This document shows, piece by piece, positions 1 to 12,905 of a stretch of DNA of 64,000 nt. The stretch is from the human T2T-CHM13v2.0 reference genome, Homo sapiens. The stretch is from the NCBI RefSeq assembly GCF_009914755.1, contig NC_060942.1; one strand, written 5' to 3'. Made by a program: the position numbers and the translations under genes. Under the pieces are notes generated by a model. It did no database searches. It saw nothing but the letters and a program-made list of their open reading frames with translations, and was not told where the DNA came from. Position 1 is the stretch's first letter; each line of letters starts with the position of its first letter.

Positions 1-1010
1 GACGACTTTTATATATGCATTTTTAATCCTCATCTCTATCTTCAGATGGACAAAACATCATCTCATTGAGTTGCTGCACCAATACTATGTATGTACACTA
101 CTCCAGAAAGTCAATTATGAAGCTTAAAATATTTTTACTTTTTGTTATAAAACAAAGGCCTATTAACAGTAAACTGTAGAAATGTATCAGAAGAATAGAA
201 AATTAAGCATACAATTATTTCTTCAGTTAACAGATTTTAGTGAATAATTCCAAAAAACTTCTATGCATATATAAAATACATCCACACAACATATTTTTAT
301 TTTTATACACAAGTGTTCACATTGGGCCCATTATTCTACATACTTGATTTTACACTTACTGTAAGTTGGACATCATTCATTATCAATATATAAAGATCTG
401 TCATTTTTTTTATTATGCCGTACAAATGTACCCAAATTTTCTGACTAAATTCTATTCTAATAGACATTGTGGTTGCAAGAATTTTTCATTATTACAACAA
501 TAATGAAATGAACATCCTTGTAGGTAATTTTTAATCAGTTGTGCCAGTGCATCTTGAGCTAAATTCAGGGAATAGAAACTGTTGCATGAAAGTGTATATA
601 TTTTTTAACTTTGTTAGCTGTTGTCAAATTGCTGTCCCAAAACATTATATCAACTTACACTTTCACTTCAGTCAAGTAAATGATTTTCTACTTCTGCCTC
701 AGCAATAGATACCTAACATTTACAACAAAAATCTAGTACTTTTATTATAAAGTGCCAATCTGATGGGTGAAATTTTTTTCACTTCTTTGGTTGTTGTTGT
801 TGTTGTTTTTGCTATTTATATGTCTGATTTTGACTGAAGGTGAACATCTTTACCTCTGCATATTAACCATTTTTATATTTTTCTAAATGCAACAACTATT
901 TGTGTTCATGTAAGTGAAAGACCTCTTTATTTCTTTTGCCTATTTTTCTTTTGAGTCATCGATTTTTTCTTATAGTTTTACAAGAGTTAAGTATATATTT
1001 TGGAAACTAG

Positions 1011-1500
<490 letters not shown>

Positions 1501-2957
1501 GGTACTTCCATTTTTACTCAGTTATTTTTTCCCTACTATTTGTTTCTTTTACATTTCAATCTTTTTTCCATCTGGAATTTTTTCTGGCATAAGAAGTAGG
1601 TTGATTTTGTTCTAAGTGGTTAGCCACATGCTCAACACCATCTTTTGAGTTATGTACATTTTGCTCAGTGATTTGAAAAGCCATCTTTATTTCAGACTAG
1701 AGATCATTTGTTAACTCCTCTATTAAGTTTATTTCTGGATCTCTAATTTCCTTAATATTTTATTCATTTCCCAGTTCCAAATTACATGAATAACTATAAT
1801 ATTACAATGTTTAGTAACTTGTCAGACTTGACTTTACTAATTACTATTCTTTTCCAGAATGTTCATTTCTATTCTTGATTATTTGTTGTTCCATATGAAA
1901 TATGAAATCATTTTGACAAATTTCACACACACAAAAGACTTGGAGGTCTTTTTATGATATTGCCTCTTTCTGTACAAAAACAAGAGCACATATTGATTCA
2001 TGACTTCTTCATGTCTCTTGCGAAAGTTTGAGGTTTTTGTCAGGCAGGTGCTACACATTTCTTCTCAGCTTCGTTATAAGATAGTTTATACTTACAGTTG
2101 CCACTTGAAATGGGACATATTTATTTCATTATATTGTGTAACAGATAATTAGATTATTGAATTTTATTAATTATATACTCAACATTCTTAATTAAATTTT
2201 CATGTGTCTTACAAGTTATAATTGATTCTCTTGGAATTCCTATGTAGACAAATTTATGGTCTATTAATAATAATAATATTTACTCCTCTCCAATATTTTC
2301 CTTTGGCTATTACATCTAGAAAACATTAAGAATGTAATAATGAGATTATTTTTCCCCTGATTTTAGTAAGACTGTGTTTACCATTTGGACACTAGGAATA
2401 ACAGATTTTTGTATAATACATCATTTTTATTAAGTGAGAAACCATCCTATTTCTTTATATTTGTTTTTTCATTTAAAAACAAATGAATTATATCAAGCTT
2501 TTCAAAACATGCATAGAAGTTATTTTTTAATTTGAGTTATTATAATGATTAATTACTGTAATAGATCTTTTTAAACATTAAACCGCCTTGCATTTTTAGA
2601 AAAAAATTCAATTGGTCATGACTTATTCTTTTACTGTGCTCCCCAAATTTATACATCGGTGTATTATTTCAAACATTAGCAATTATATTAGTGAATATGA
2701 TTATTCCATTTGGCTTGTTGTTGTGTTGCATTTTGTGTTTGTTGTCTTTGTCTAATTTGTTTGCAGAATCATTTTTTATAATCTGTCAATGACTAAAGAT
2801 ATAAATTAAAACCTCTTTGTCCTATCTAGTTTGCCTGTGGGTTTTTTTTTATCATGTTATGCTATTTCACCTGATGCAAAAATATTTATAACAATTACCT
2901 CTTCACCATGTATTGCAATCTACATATTTAGTTGTCTCATTTTTTTTTTAATTTCCC

Positions 2958-3625
2958 TCATCCAAACAGGAAAAGAAGAAGTCAAACTCTCTCTCTTCAC
3001 TGAGAATATAACTGTATATTTAGAAAACCCTAAAGACTCCATCCCAGAAGTCTCCTAGAACTTATAAATGATTTTAGTAAAGTTTCAGGATACAAAACCA
3101 ATGTACAAAAGTCAGCAGCATTTTTTATACACCAATAACATTCAAGCTGAGAGCCAAGTCAAGAATGCAATCTGATTCATAATAGCCACACAAGAAAATA
3201 AAATACCTAGGAATACATCTAACCAAGGAGGTGAAAGATATCTACAAGGAAAACTACAAAACATTACTGTAAGAAGTTACAGATGACATAAATGAAAAAC
3301 CATTTCATGTTCATGGATTCAAAGAATCAATATTGCTAAAATGGCCATACTGCCCAAAGCAATCCACAGATTCAATACTATTCCTACGGAGCTACCAATG
3401 TCATTTTTCACAGAACTAGAAAAAAAGGCTATTCTAAAATTCATATGAAACCAAAAAAGAGCCCAAATAGCCAAAGCAATCCTAAGCAAAAAGAACAAGG
3501 TTGGAGACATCACATTGTCCAACTTCGAACTATACCATAAGGCTACAGTAACCAAAATGGCATGGTACTGGTTCAAAAACAAAAATGGCATGGTACCGGT
3601 ATAAAAACAGACACATAGACCAATG
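2958..3625 (+). mobile_element. Older L1 ORF2 fragment (RT C-terminal region)
   Basis: [27 protein letters not shown] in ORF 2831..3058; downstream sequence parallels ORF2 of the intron-14 L1. Confidence 0.9.
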
Positions 3626-3814
3626 ACATTAAAAATATTAAGAGAAATGAGCATTAAAAAACGTGATTTTTTTTCTAGAGTCTAAAATGCCTAAAATCAA
3701 AATTTTAAATTGTCCCTTGTCCCATAAAATGTCCTTTATTGCTATTCTTTATTGTTGGTGGATGTTCTATGATCCAATTAGGGATCGAACATCGTATTTA
3801 GTTTAGTTTAGTTT

Positions 3815-3945
3815 TGTTTTGTTTTGTTTTTTTAAGTTCTGGGATACATGTGCAGAACATGCAGATTTGTAGTGTTACATGTGCCATGGTGGTTTGCTGT
3901 ACCTATCAACCCATTATCTAGGTTTTAAGCCCCACATGCTTTAGT
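3815..3945 (-). mobile_element. L1PA 3'-end fragment
   Basis: ttttaagttctgggatacatgtgcagaac...gtgccatggtggtttgctg is the L1 3' terminus in reverse, preceded by a (GTTTT)n tail. Confidence 0.8.
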
Positions 3946-5561
3946 TGTCTCTTTTGTCTCTTTTAGTCTAGTACAATCCCCTACTATATTTTGTATGTCA
4001 TAAACAATGACATTTTTGAAAGATCCAGCTTATTTTTATTAGAAATTCTAAAATTGATGTTTTTTGGATTGTTTCCTCTTTCGCAAATTCAGGTTAAATA
4101 TTTTGGGCAAGAATACTGTGTGTGACATTGTATAGTTTTCATTACATCATGGAAGGAGGTACCTATTGTCAGTTTGTCTCATTATTAACAATACTAGGTT
4201 TTATCCATCAGTAAGATGGTGAGATACTTGGAGATCATGTAAACTCCTAGTTTTCTAACACTTTTACTCAATAGTATAAATACCCATTGATGGTCTTCGT
4301 CTGAATCCATTATTTATGTTGCTGGGTGCAATATCTCAATTTTCTACTTCTATCATTTTCTTCTCTATTTACTAGCAATCTTCCCTAAAGAAAAGTTTAC
4401 TCTTCATCACCACCACCACCCTTTTGAGGAACACTATGGACTCATGTATTCTTTTTCATTCAGCATGCCAAATAGCTCATTAGCATCAATTTTTAGTACT
4501 TTTTGCAACAAAGACACTAAAACTATGATTATGTAGCAAAAGTCTTTATTATTATAAGGTATATGCTGTGGTAATTAAGTGGCACAATATTTACAACTCA
4601 CTTTTAAATTATTCAGCAAAAGATGTGTTTATACATAGAAAGAGCTAATAGGGCAAAATGTTAACATATTGTAAATCTGGATGAAGGTTTGAATTTTTAA
4701 GCAAAAATAGGGAAAAACAAAACACAAACAAACTAAATGTTAAAAACTGATTGGTTCTTCTACAAAAACCTCTAACAGATTCTTTTTTTGTTATTAATAG
4801 GATAAGTATCTTCTCTTTGCACCTAATTTCAAAAGAAGGAAAGTGTTTCCCCTGAGCCTCCATCACCCTATTCCTCCACCCCCTTTGAAACTGCCATCTA
4901 GTACTATCTATTTTAACTTCATCATGCTCCCATCTCTTCCCCTTCCCATTGAAACCACACTATTTCAGGTTCTTTACCTAAACTATTATGGTAGCCTCCA
5001 AATTCATCTTTCTCCCTGTAGTGTCTCTTGCCTACCTACGCATTACAGAGCTTCCAGGACAAACTCCAAAAACACAACTTTAAGGTCAATACCTTGCTCA
5101 AAAGCCCACGCTGTTTCTCTCTCTACCACTGAATATAGTCCAAATTTCTCAGCAGAACATTCAAAGTCAGTCACATTCTGCTTTCATTCTATTCTATTAT
5201 CAGCCCTGCTAACTCTCACAAGTGAGACACTTAGTCCAACATGACTCCTTTTGGGCCATAAAAATATGTATTTCTTTCTGCCTTCTTTCCCATCCGCATC
5301 TTTATTTGTTATGAATGTAGTCATCCTGAAAATTTTGAAATCTACCTCTTCCATGAAGTGCTCTCAAATTCCTTTAATGGGAAAATTATTTCCCTTTTGC
5401 AGGGGCTCATAAAACACTATAGATCTTTCCTATACCACATACGTCAGTGTGCTTGGTAAAAGGAACAAGCCTGCCTCATCACACCTTTGAGATCCAGTCA
5501 AGATGATAGCCTTCTTAAACTTTGGAATTTCTAGTATCTATTTTTTAAAAATTTCTCCTGG

Positions 5562-6050
5562 CTTGCTGAGAATGATGGTTTCCAGCTTTATCCATGTGCC
5601 TGCAAAGGACATGAACTCATCCCTTTTTATGGCTGCATAGTATTCTATGGTGTATATGTGCCACATTTTCTTTATCCAGTCTATCATTGATGGGCATTTG
5701 GGTTGGTTCCAAGTCTTTGCTATTGTGAACAGTGCTGCAGTAAACATACCTGTGCCTGTGTCTTTATAGTAGAATGATTTATAATCCTTTGGGTATATAC
5801 CCAGTAATGGGATTGCTGGGTCAAATGGTATTTCTCATTCTAGATCTTTGAGGGATTGCCACACTGTCTTCCACAATGGTTGAACTAATTTACACTCCCA
5901 CCAACAGGGTAAAAGCATTCCTATTTCTCCACATCCTCTCCAGCATCTGTTGTTTCCTGACTTTTTAATGATTGCCATTCTAACTATGTAATGCAGAACC
6001 TGCACGTTCTGCACAGGTATCCCAGAACTTAAAGTAAAATTTTTTTAAAA
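5562..6050. mobile_element. 5'-inverted truncated L1PA (minus-strand ORF2 end 5562-5985 joined to plus-strand 3' terminus 5986-6050)
   Basis: Minus [23 protein letters not shown]...; then plus-strand ATGTAA..AACCTGCACGTTCTGCACAGGTATCCCAGAACTTAAAGT. Confidence 0.85.
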
Positions 6051-6449
6051 ATTAATTATCCTGGAAACTAGCACAGTCCCTACCAGGGTCAAGAAACATT
6101 GGTGCAATTGAATTTTTAAAACTGCAGTCAAAAAACAGTTTCTGAAAATGATAGAGTAAGCTGCTTAAATGCCCATGGGCTATACACATACACCTAAATG
6201 GAAAATATCCTGGACAAACATCAATCACGACTGTTACCTTTCATATTGGTATCATCACTATCAAAAGCCGGGTCTTCAAAAATGAAAGGCAATGGTGGGA
6301 AAATCTTAAGACCATGAGGGTGATGGCACTTTGTTTCCATCATAAACAATAAATAACCTGGAGACATAAATTTGCCATAATGTTTTTACAATATGAAGTC
6401 ATTTTCACCTGAGAGGAAATATGGAGTTACTGCATTTTCTTTTCTTTAC

Positions 6450-6745
<296 letters not shown>

Positions 6746-7945
6746 TACAGCACTTTCTTGAGAAGAGGCATGACATAAAGAAAGCAATGTTTTAGAAACA
6801 CTATTCTGGAAAAGAAATATAACATGGATTAAAATGAAGACTTTTGATACAAAATGTATAATTAGAAGTATGCACAGCAATGCCAGGTGAAGGGCGCCTG
6901 GAGAGAAACCATGAAAGCAGAAATGAAGACCGAAAGGCAAAGTGCAGACAATAGAAGCAATTAACTGTGGCTGTATTCAATTAAACACTATAAAATTTAA
7001 AGTATAAGATGAGAGATTTAGGTAAGCTACAAAGAAAGAAAGAAATTAAGTATTTTAGCAATCAGTTCTATTATGCCACAAATGTGTAGCCATTAACATT
7101 ATAAGATTTCTCTCATGTCACCTCCAGTAAAACTGGGCTATGGATTCCCAAAGCATCTTATGCATGCTTCTGTTCAGCAAGTGGAAAAAAAATATGTTGT
7201 TTTCCCCATTCCACAGCCTGGAGCCACATGAGGGCAAGAACCATATTCTATCCATCTTTGTAATCTCAGTCCCTTAGTATAGTGCAAGGAACATAGTAGG
7301 TCAAAGAAATAAATGCCATAGAACTGGCCTGGGGATAATGTATTACAAGTAAAAAAAAAAAAAATAGCCTGAAGTTGCACATGAAATCCAAACACTACAG
7401 TGGGACTGTGGCTAACCCACGTAGGTGTATGAGTAGAACAGTCTTCCAGAAGTAAGTAGTATTACTTCTGTGTCAGTGTGTTTGCAGCTATAAGGTAAGC
7501 TCCTTAAGAGCAGAGTTCAAAATTGTTTTGAACACAGTGCCTACTACAGTGATGAACATGTAGCAAAACTCAGAATTATCATATATTTTTAACTTCTTTA
7601 AAGCACAAGCAATAATAGCTCAGTCTCTTTCACTATTCTTATTTCATCATAAAATACTTACATATTAGATAGAGTTCACAGTTCTCAAAATTATTTGAGA
7701 TTTTCCCTTTGTTCATAAACATTGTTTCTATATAGAGAAAAGCATATAAAGATGTGTTGCCGTTGAATTCCCATTCTAGAATTTACTAGAGAAAAATAAT
7801 TAAGATTTCCCTTAGATCTGGGGAAAAAAAAGGAAGAAGAGTTAGGCTGTAGATTATTTTGGTCAATTATAAACAAAATCTCTCTAAGCATAGAAAACTA
7901 AAAATACAATTTTATTATAAATATATTTTTCTCAGTGATCAGTTT

Positions 7946-8298
<353 letters not shown>

Positions 8299-8405
8299 TG
8301 ATTTCTGTTCACATCCTTGAGATCAATTTTGTGACTTCTCCTAAAATCAACTAATCTACTCACAAGTCATATTTCATACTGCAAGCTATAATCTATTCAT
8401 CTAGT

Positions 8406-8626
8406 CAAGGGATTGTCAAACATTTTCTGTAAAGGGCAAGGGAAGTAATTATTTTAGGCTTTCTACGCCAACATGGTCTCTGTCATAACTTCTTAGCCCT
8501 GCTCTTGTGGAATGAAAGGAGCCACAATTTATATGCAAATGACTATGGCTGCGTTCAACTAAAAAAAGAACAAAAACCACACAGTGGACCCTATTTGACC
8601 CATGGCAATAATTTGCTGACGTCTAC
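8406..8626 (+). mobile_element. MER58A-like hAT-Charlie DNA transposon
   Basis: caaacattttctgtaaagggc...attttaggctt...tggtctctgtc...tttgctgac resembles the MER58A consensus. Confidence 0.75.
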
Positions 8627-8838
8627 TTAAGTTCATTATTTTTACTTTTATTAGGAAAATTTTCAAATATACACAAAACAAAGAAAACCATATACTATCA
8701 TTTAGATTTAACAGTTGTTAATATTTTGCCATATTTATTTTATCTGTTTCATTGCTGAATTATTATGAAGAAAATTTCCATCATCATGACATTTCACTCC
8801 TAATGTAATTCACATATCTTTAAAAATAGACATAATAT

Positions 8839-9132
8839 GGCTAGGCATGGTGGCTCACACCTGTAATCCAAGCACTTTGGGAGGGCAAGGCGGGTAGAAC
8901 GCTTGAGGTCAGGAGTTCAAGATCAGCCTGGCAACATGATGAAACCCCATCTCTACTAAAACTACAAAAAATTAGCTGGGTGTGGTGGCTCACACCTGTA
9001 GACCCAGCTACTCAGGAGGCTGAGGCATGAGAATTGCTTGTTCTGGGAGACAGAGTTTGCAGTGAGCTGAGATCACGCTACTGCGCTCCAGCCCAGGCAA
9101 GAGAGCTAGATGCATCTCAAAAAAAAAAAAAA
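8839..9132 (+). mobile_element. AluS
   Basis: ggctaggcatggtggctcacacctgtaatcc... A-tail; TSD-like AGACATAATA on both sides. Confidence 0.92.
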
Positions 9133-9604
9133 GACATAATACAATATAACCTGATAAAATATATCATAATTTTCTACAGTTCTTATTTAAATTTTCCCAG
9201 ATATTGGATATCCCAAAATTACTTCCATAGCTCTTTTGTCCAAACCAAAAATCCACTTACCAATCAGACTTTGCTGTGACTGCTATATATGAAAAAGAAA
9301 AGTATCTTTTAATCTAAAATGCAGGCCCCATCTCCCAGATGTATGTGGGTGTGACATTGACTCTTTGAGGAATAGTTTAATTTTAAACAATGTGAACAAG
9401 ATCTACAATCAATATATCTCATGGTAATATTAATACAGTATAGAGGCAAACAGAAAATTTTTATTTATATAATGCCTAACATATTTACTTCAATTTCCCC
9501 TCGAGTTTTAAGTTTTTCATCTTTCACCTATTTTTTAAACAATGTGTAGAGTTCATTAGGATAATTTAGAACATATAAAACTAGAGGTTCACATATAACA
9601 TTAA

Positions 9605-9815
9605 AACATAGTTAACAATAATTTGTTGTATATTTCAATATAGCTACAAGAGAAGAATTTCCCAACACAAAAAATAAACGTTTAAGGTGACGGATATCAC
9701 AGTTGCCCTGATTTAATCATTATAACATTGCACAGGTATGCAAACATCACATGCACCCCAAAAATATGTACAGCTATTATATATCAATTTAAAAATACTT
9801 TATTGCTAAAAGGAA
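9605..9815 (+). mobile_element. L1MA-type 3'-end fragment
   Basis: atagttaacaataatttgttgtatatttc...gctacaagagaag...cccaacacaaa...tatatcaatttaaaaa. Confidence 0.7.
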
Positions 9816-10641
9816 AAAAAAGCACATTCCAAAGAATTTCTCTGAAATATAAGTCCATGCTATGGATGCTATGTAAATGAAGGTGGATAAAACAGTTACT
9901 GTTATTAGGCTTGAGAACTTCTAGATCAATAAAATGTGTTACCTTTAGTTAAATATGCGGATTATTTTGTTTTTCAAAATTATTTTTTTAGAGGCTGATT
10001 ATTTTGTTTTCTTAAAGGGTATTGCAATATTTCAAGCTAACAACAAATGTAGAAATGCAAACACTTAAGTTACATTCTGGAGTTTTCAATGCCTTGTGAA
10101 AAAGAGGAAAATCCTCTTCTCTAGAGAATTTTAGTCCCTATGGAAACCTTTGTCAGCTCACCAGGGAGATTCCAGACAGAAAAATCACCCCAAATTTCAC
10201 AAAATTTTTATGAAATGAGAACTGTTGCTATGTACGTGCAGGTACACATACTAAACAATGTTCAGAGTAAAGAAAAGGAGTTCACTGAGATGGGAGAGAA
10301 GAAGCAACAGTGTGATGTGAGGTTACAGATGAGGTTGCTGGAAGAAAGAATTGAAAACATTGTGAATACGGAAATGAAATGGTTTGTGTTGCCTATGTTT
10401 TAAAGTATCTTAACTCATTGGCATTAGGAAGGAGGACCACTAAGTCAGGAAAAGGGACAGGACCAACTGAGATAAGAGTACATGAAGGAAAACTAATTAA
10501 ATGTGCTCATTGAAAGCTGGAACAATGGTGGGGTTCTCAATTAAGAAAAGGCATAGGGTAGATTGAGAGAGCTGAGTTTGTAAAAACCGGAAGTTAAGGT
10601 TTGGAGTAAGAGAGAAGATAGACAACAAAAGCAATGATGTC

Positions 10642-10838
10642 TGCACTGTCCAATATGGTAGCCACTAGCCACATGTGGTTATTTAAATTTAAATTAAGCA
10701 AAGTTAAATATTCTCTTCCTTAGTCATAATAACCATATTTTAAATCCTCAATAGTCACATATTATAAATGGCTACCATATCTGACAGCATAGATAGAGAA
10801 CATGTTCGTATTGCAGAAAGTTCTACTGGATAGCACTG
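10642..10838 (-). mobile_element. MER3-like DNA transposon
   Basis: gcactgtccaatatggtagccactagccacatgtgg ... gcagaaagttctactggatagcactg. Confidence 0.8.
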
Positions 10839-12579
10839 TTCTGAGGACGTTAAAATGAGTAAGAAAGAGAAAAAGGCAGGGAAGGAGGCAAGGGAGAGAA
10901 AGTGATTAACAAATTCCCTCTCCCGCTGTGTTTAACATCGTATTGGCTCTCATGTAACTGCCAAGACAGACGCTGCTCTGCAGTATTGGAGTTCTATCAC
11001 ACCTCCTCTCCAGAAAGATGTTTGAGAGATTGCTGCCTTATGAATCCCCTAGTCATATAGGATTGTTGGAGCAAGGCATTGAGTTAGGGGTGGAGCCAGG
11101 GTTAGGTTTAAGGAAAGGTAATTTAATGGATGAAGGAGGCCCCCATGCATGCCCTAGCATCATGCCCAGAATCCGAGATGCATAAAACATTGACTCGCCA
11201 CTGGAAAGCTGCAAGAGTAGGTGCAGTTGTCTCTGGTGCCCAGTGAGTCTTCTGCTATTCATGGTCAGACAACATGATACTAATATATTGCTCAGACTAA
11301 GTCATAAGTTAATACAGTCTATTTTATTTGACATTTCTCATTAGAGAAAATCCGCCAGCTCATCTTTCTAAATTTTATTTATTTACATCTGCTATTTACA
11401 ATCATAAACATTCTTATTCACTGCAAATAAACATGAGCAGCCTATCTCCTCCCCTCCACACTGTATGATGGATAATATGGAAATTCAAACCACACATCTT
11501 CTTTGCCACAAATCTGTAGTGAAATGACAGCCTTCTATAGACCCTCTGACCCTCAGAGATTTTCTTCCTTTTGGAGACATTTTGAGTATCTTTTTGACCA
11601 TAATCAACATCTTATCAGGTAGGTCTCTTGTTCTAAGTAGCCGTTTCAAACTCTGAGGGTGTCCAGTGTCTATGAGCTTCCTGCCACTCACAATATTTAT
11701 ACTAGACGTTGCCAGGGGAAGAGAAGAGAGTCCAAAAATATGTCCAAATGCTGCCCTGTGAAGGTTGCTATTTATTTTCACAAACCTCAGGGCTGCATTC
11801 AGTTTCCCGTCTACCTGTGTAGGCAGCCATTTCTTCAGTGTATTCCCTATGTTCTAATTGGCTCGCTGTACAGATTCTTGGCTCTGTGCTTAGGAATTGT
11901 CATTGACTTTTAACCCACCTCACCTGCTGAGCAGCTTTCTGTGTTTCCATTAGTATTTCAGGCACCGAATCTCATTTTTAAAGTTATTATCAGGATTTTA
12001 ATTGGTGGTTCTCACTATTCACCCTTAAGTTTAGTAATATTTAAATTTTTATTTTGTTGCATTTAATAAAAGAATCATAAAGAAAGAAAAATAATTAGGG
12101 AGAGAAAATAATTTCTTTAGAGGGAAAATTGAGGATTCCTTAGACTGAAGGCTGGTCAGTTAATGGGAATTGTGACTTATGCAGAGGATCTAATAATTGT
12201 AAGTATCATGGTTTTACTTGTTTGAATTAATAACTTTAAAAAATCTCAGTCTTGCATTAGCATATTTTCTGTCTCTTAACAACCGAAAATAACTGAAACT
12301 TTCCCAACATCTACTAAAATGGAAAGTTTGTCATTTTCTACTATGACCTGAGGGTTTGGCTACAAACAGATAATGGAATGAATAAGATGAGCATTCAAGT
12401 TATACCTGCCTGTTTAATATGGGGAGAAACTAAACCACCTGTAAAGAAAGCATGGGGTGAGAAGCCCCCATCACCTGTATAACCCTCGGTATTTCTGTTC
12501 ACTTTAAGAGCCTGCCACTGAAAACATTCAGTAAAGGAGTGAATCTTCCTTGCCCCATCAAGAGTCGCTTTTCAGCTGG

Positions 12580-12700
12580 AGGAAGGGTGTGTCCCCAAGT
12601 TTTTACCTGGGAGCAATGATGATCTTGTCAAGCATTTCAGTGAGACCAGCCCAAGTTTTTAGGGTGGGGATCCAGACTGGTTATACGTACCTTCAGTCCT
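12580..12700 (+). promoter_or_regulatory. DSG1 proximal promoter: KLF-type GGGTGTG/GGGTGGGG boxes and a GRHL-like GACTGGTT
   Basis: GGGTGGGG 12662-12669 and GACTGGTT 12675-12682 (GRHL consensus AACCGGTT) lie ~180 bp upstream of the ATG; DSG1 is an established GRHL1 target. TSS cannot be fixed from sequence. Confidence 0.55.
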
Positions 12701-12857
12701 TCTCCCAGAGGAAGGCAGAAACACCTCAAAGCCTGCATGTAAGAACATCTACTGAGAAATTATTTTAATCAGACACCAGCTGAGTGGGAGAAAGGAAAAG
12801 AACAGAGAAGAACAAACAAAACTCCCTTGGTCTTGGATGTAAGAGAATCCAGCAGAG

Positions 12858-12905
12858 ATGGACTGGAGTTTCTTCAGAGTAGTTGCAGTGCTGTTCATTT
12901 TTCTG
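12858..12905 (+). CDS. DSG1: DSG1 exon 1 coding part, signal peptide MDWSFFRVVAVLFIFL
   Basis: GAGATGG strong Kozak context; donor CTG|GTGAGT at 12906. Confidence 0.97.

Noticed and set aside
2958-3945. Plus-strand L1 ORF2 piece and minus-strand L1 3' end as one inverted insertion
   Set aside because: Separated by ~200 bp of unrelated sequence, geometry does not fit twin priming, and no TSD found.
10586-10594. Perfect ETS motif ACCGGAAGT ~2.3 kb upstream of the ATG, plus scattered AP-1 and GRHL-like words
   Set aside because: Isolated short motifs are expected by chance in 64 kb; no clustering evidence.
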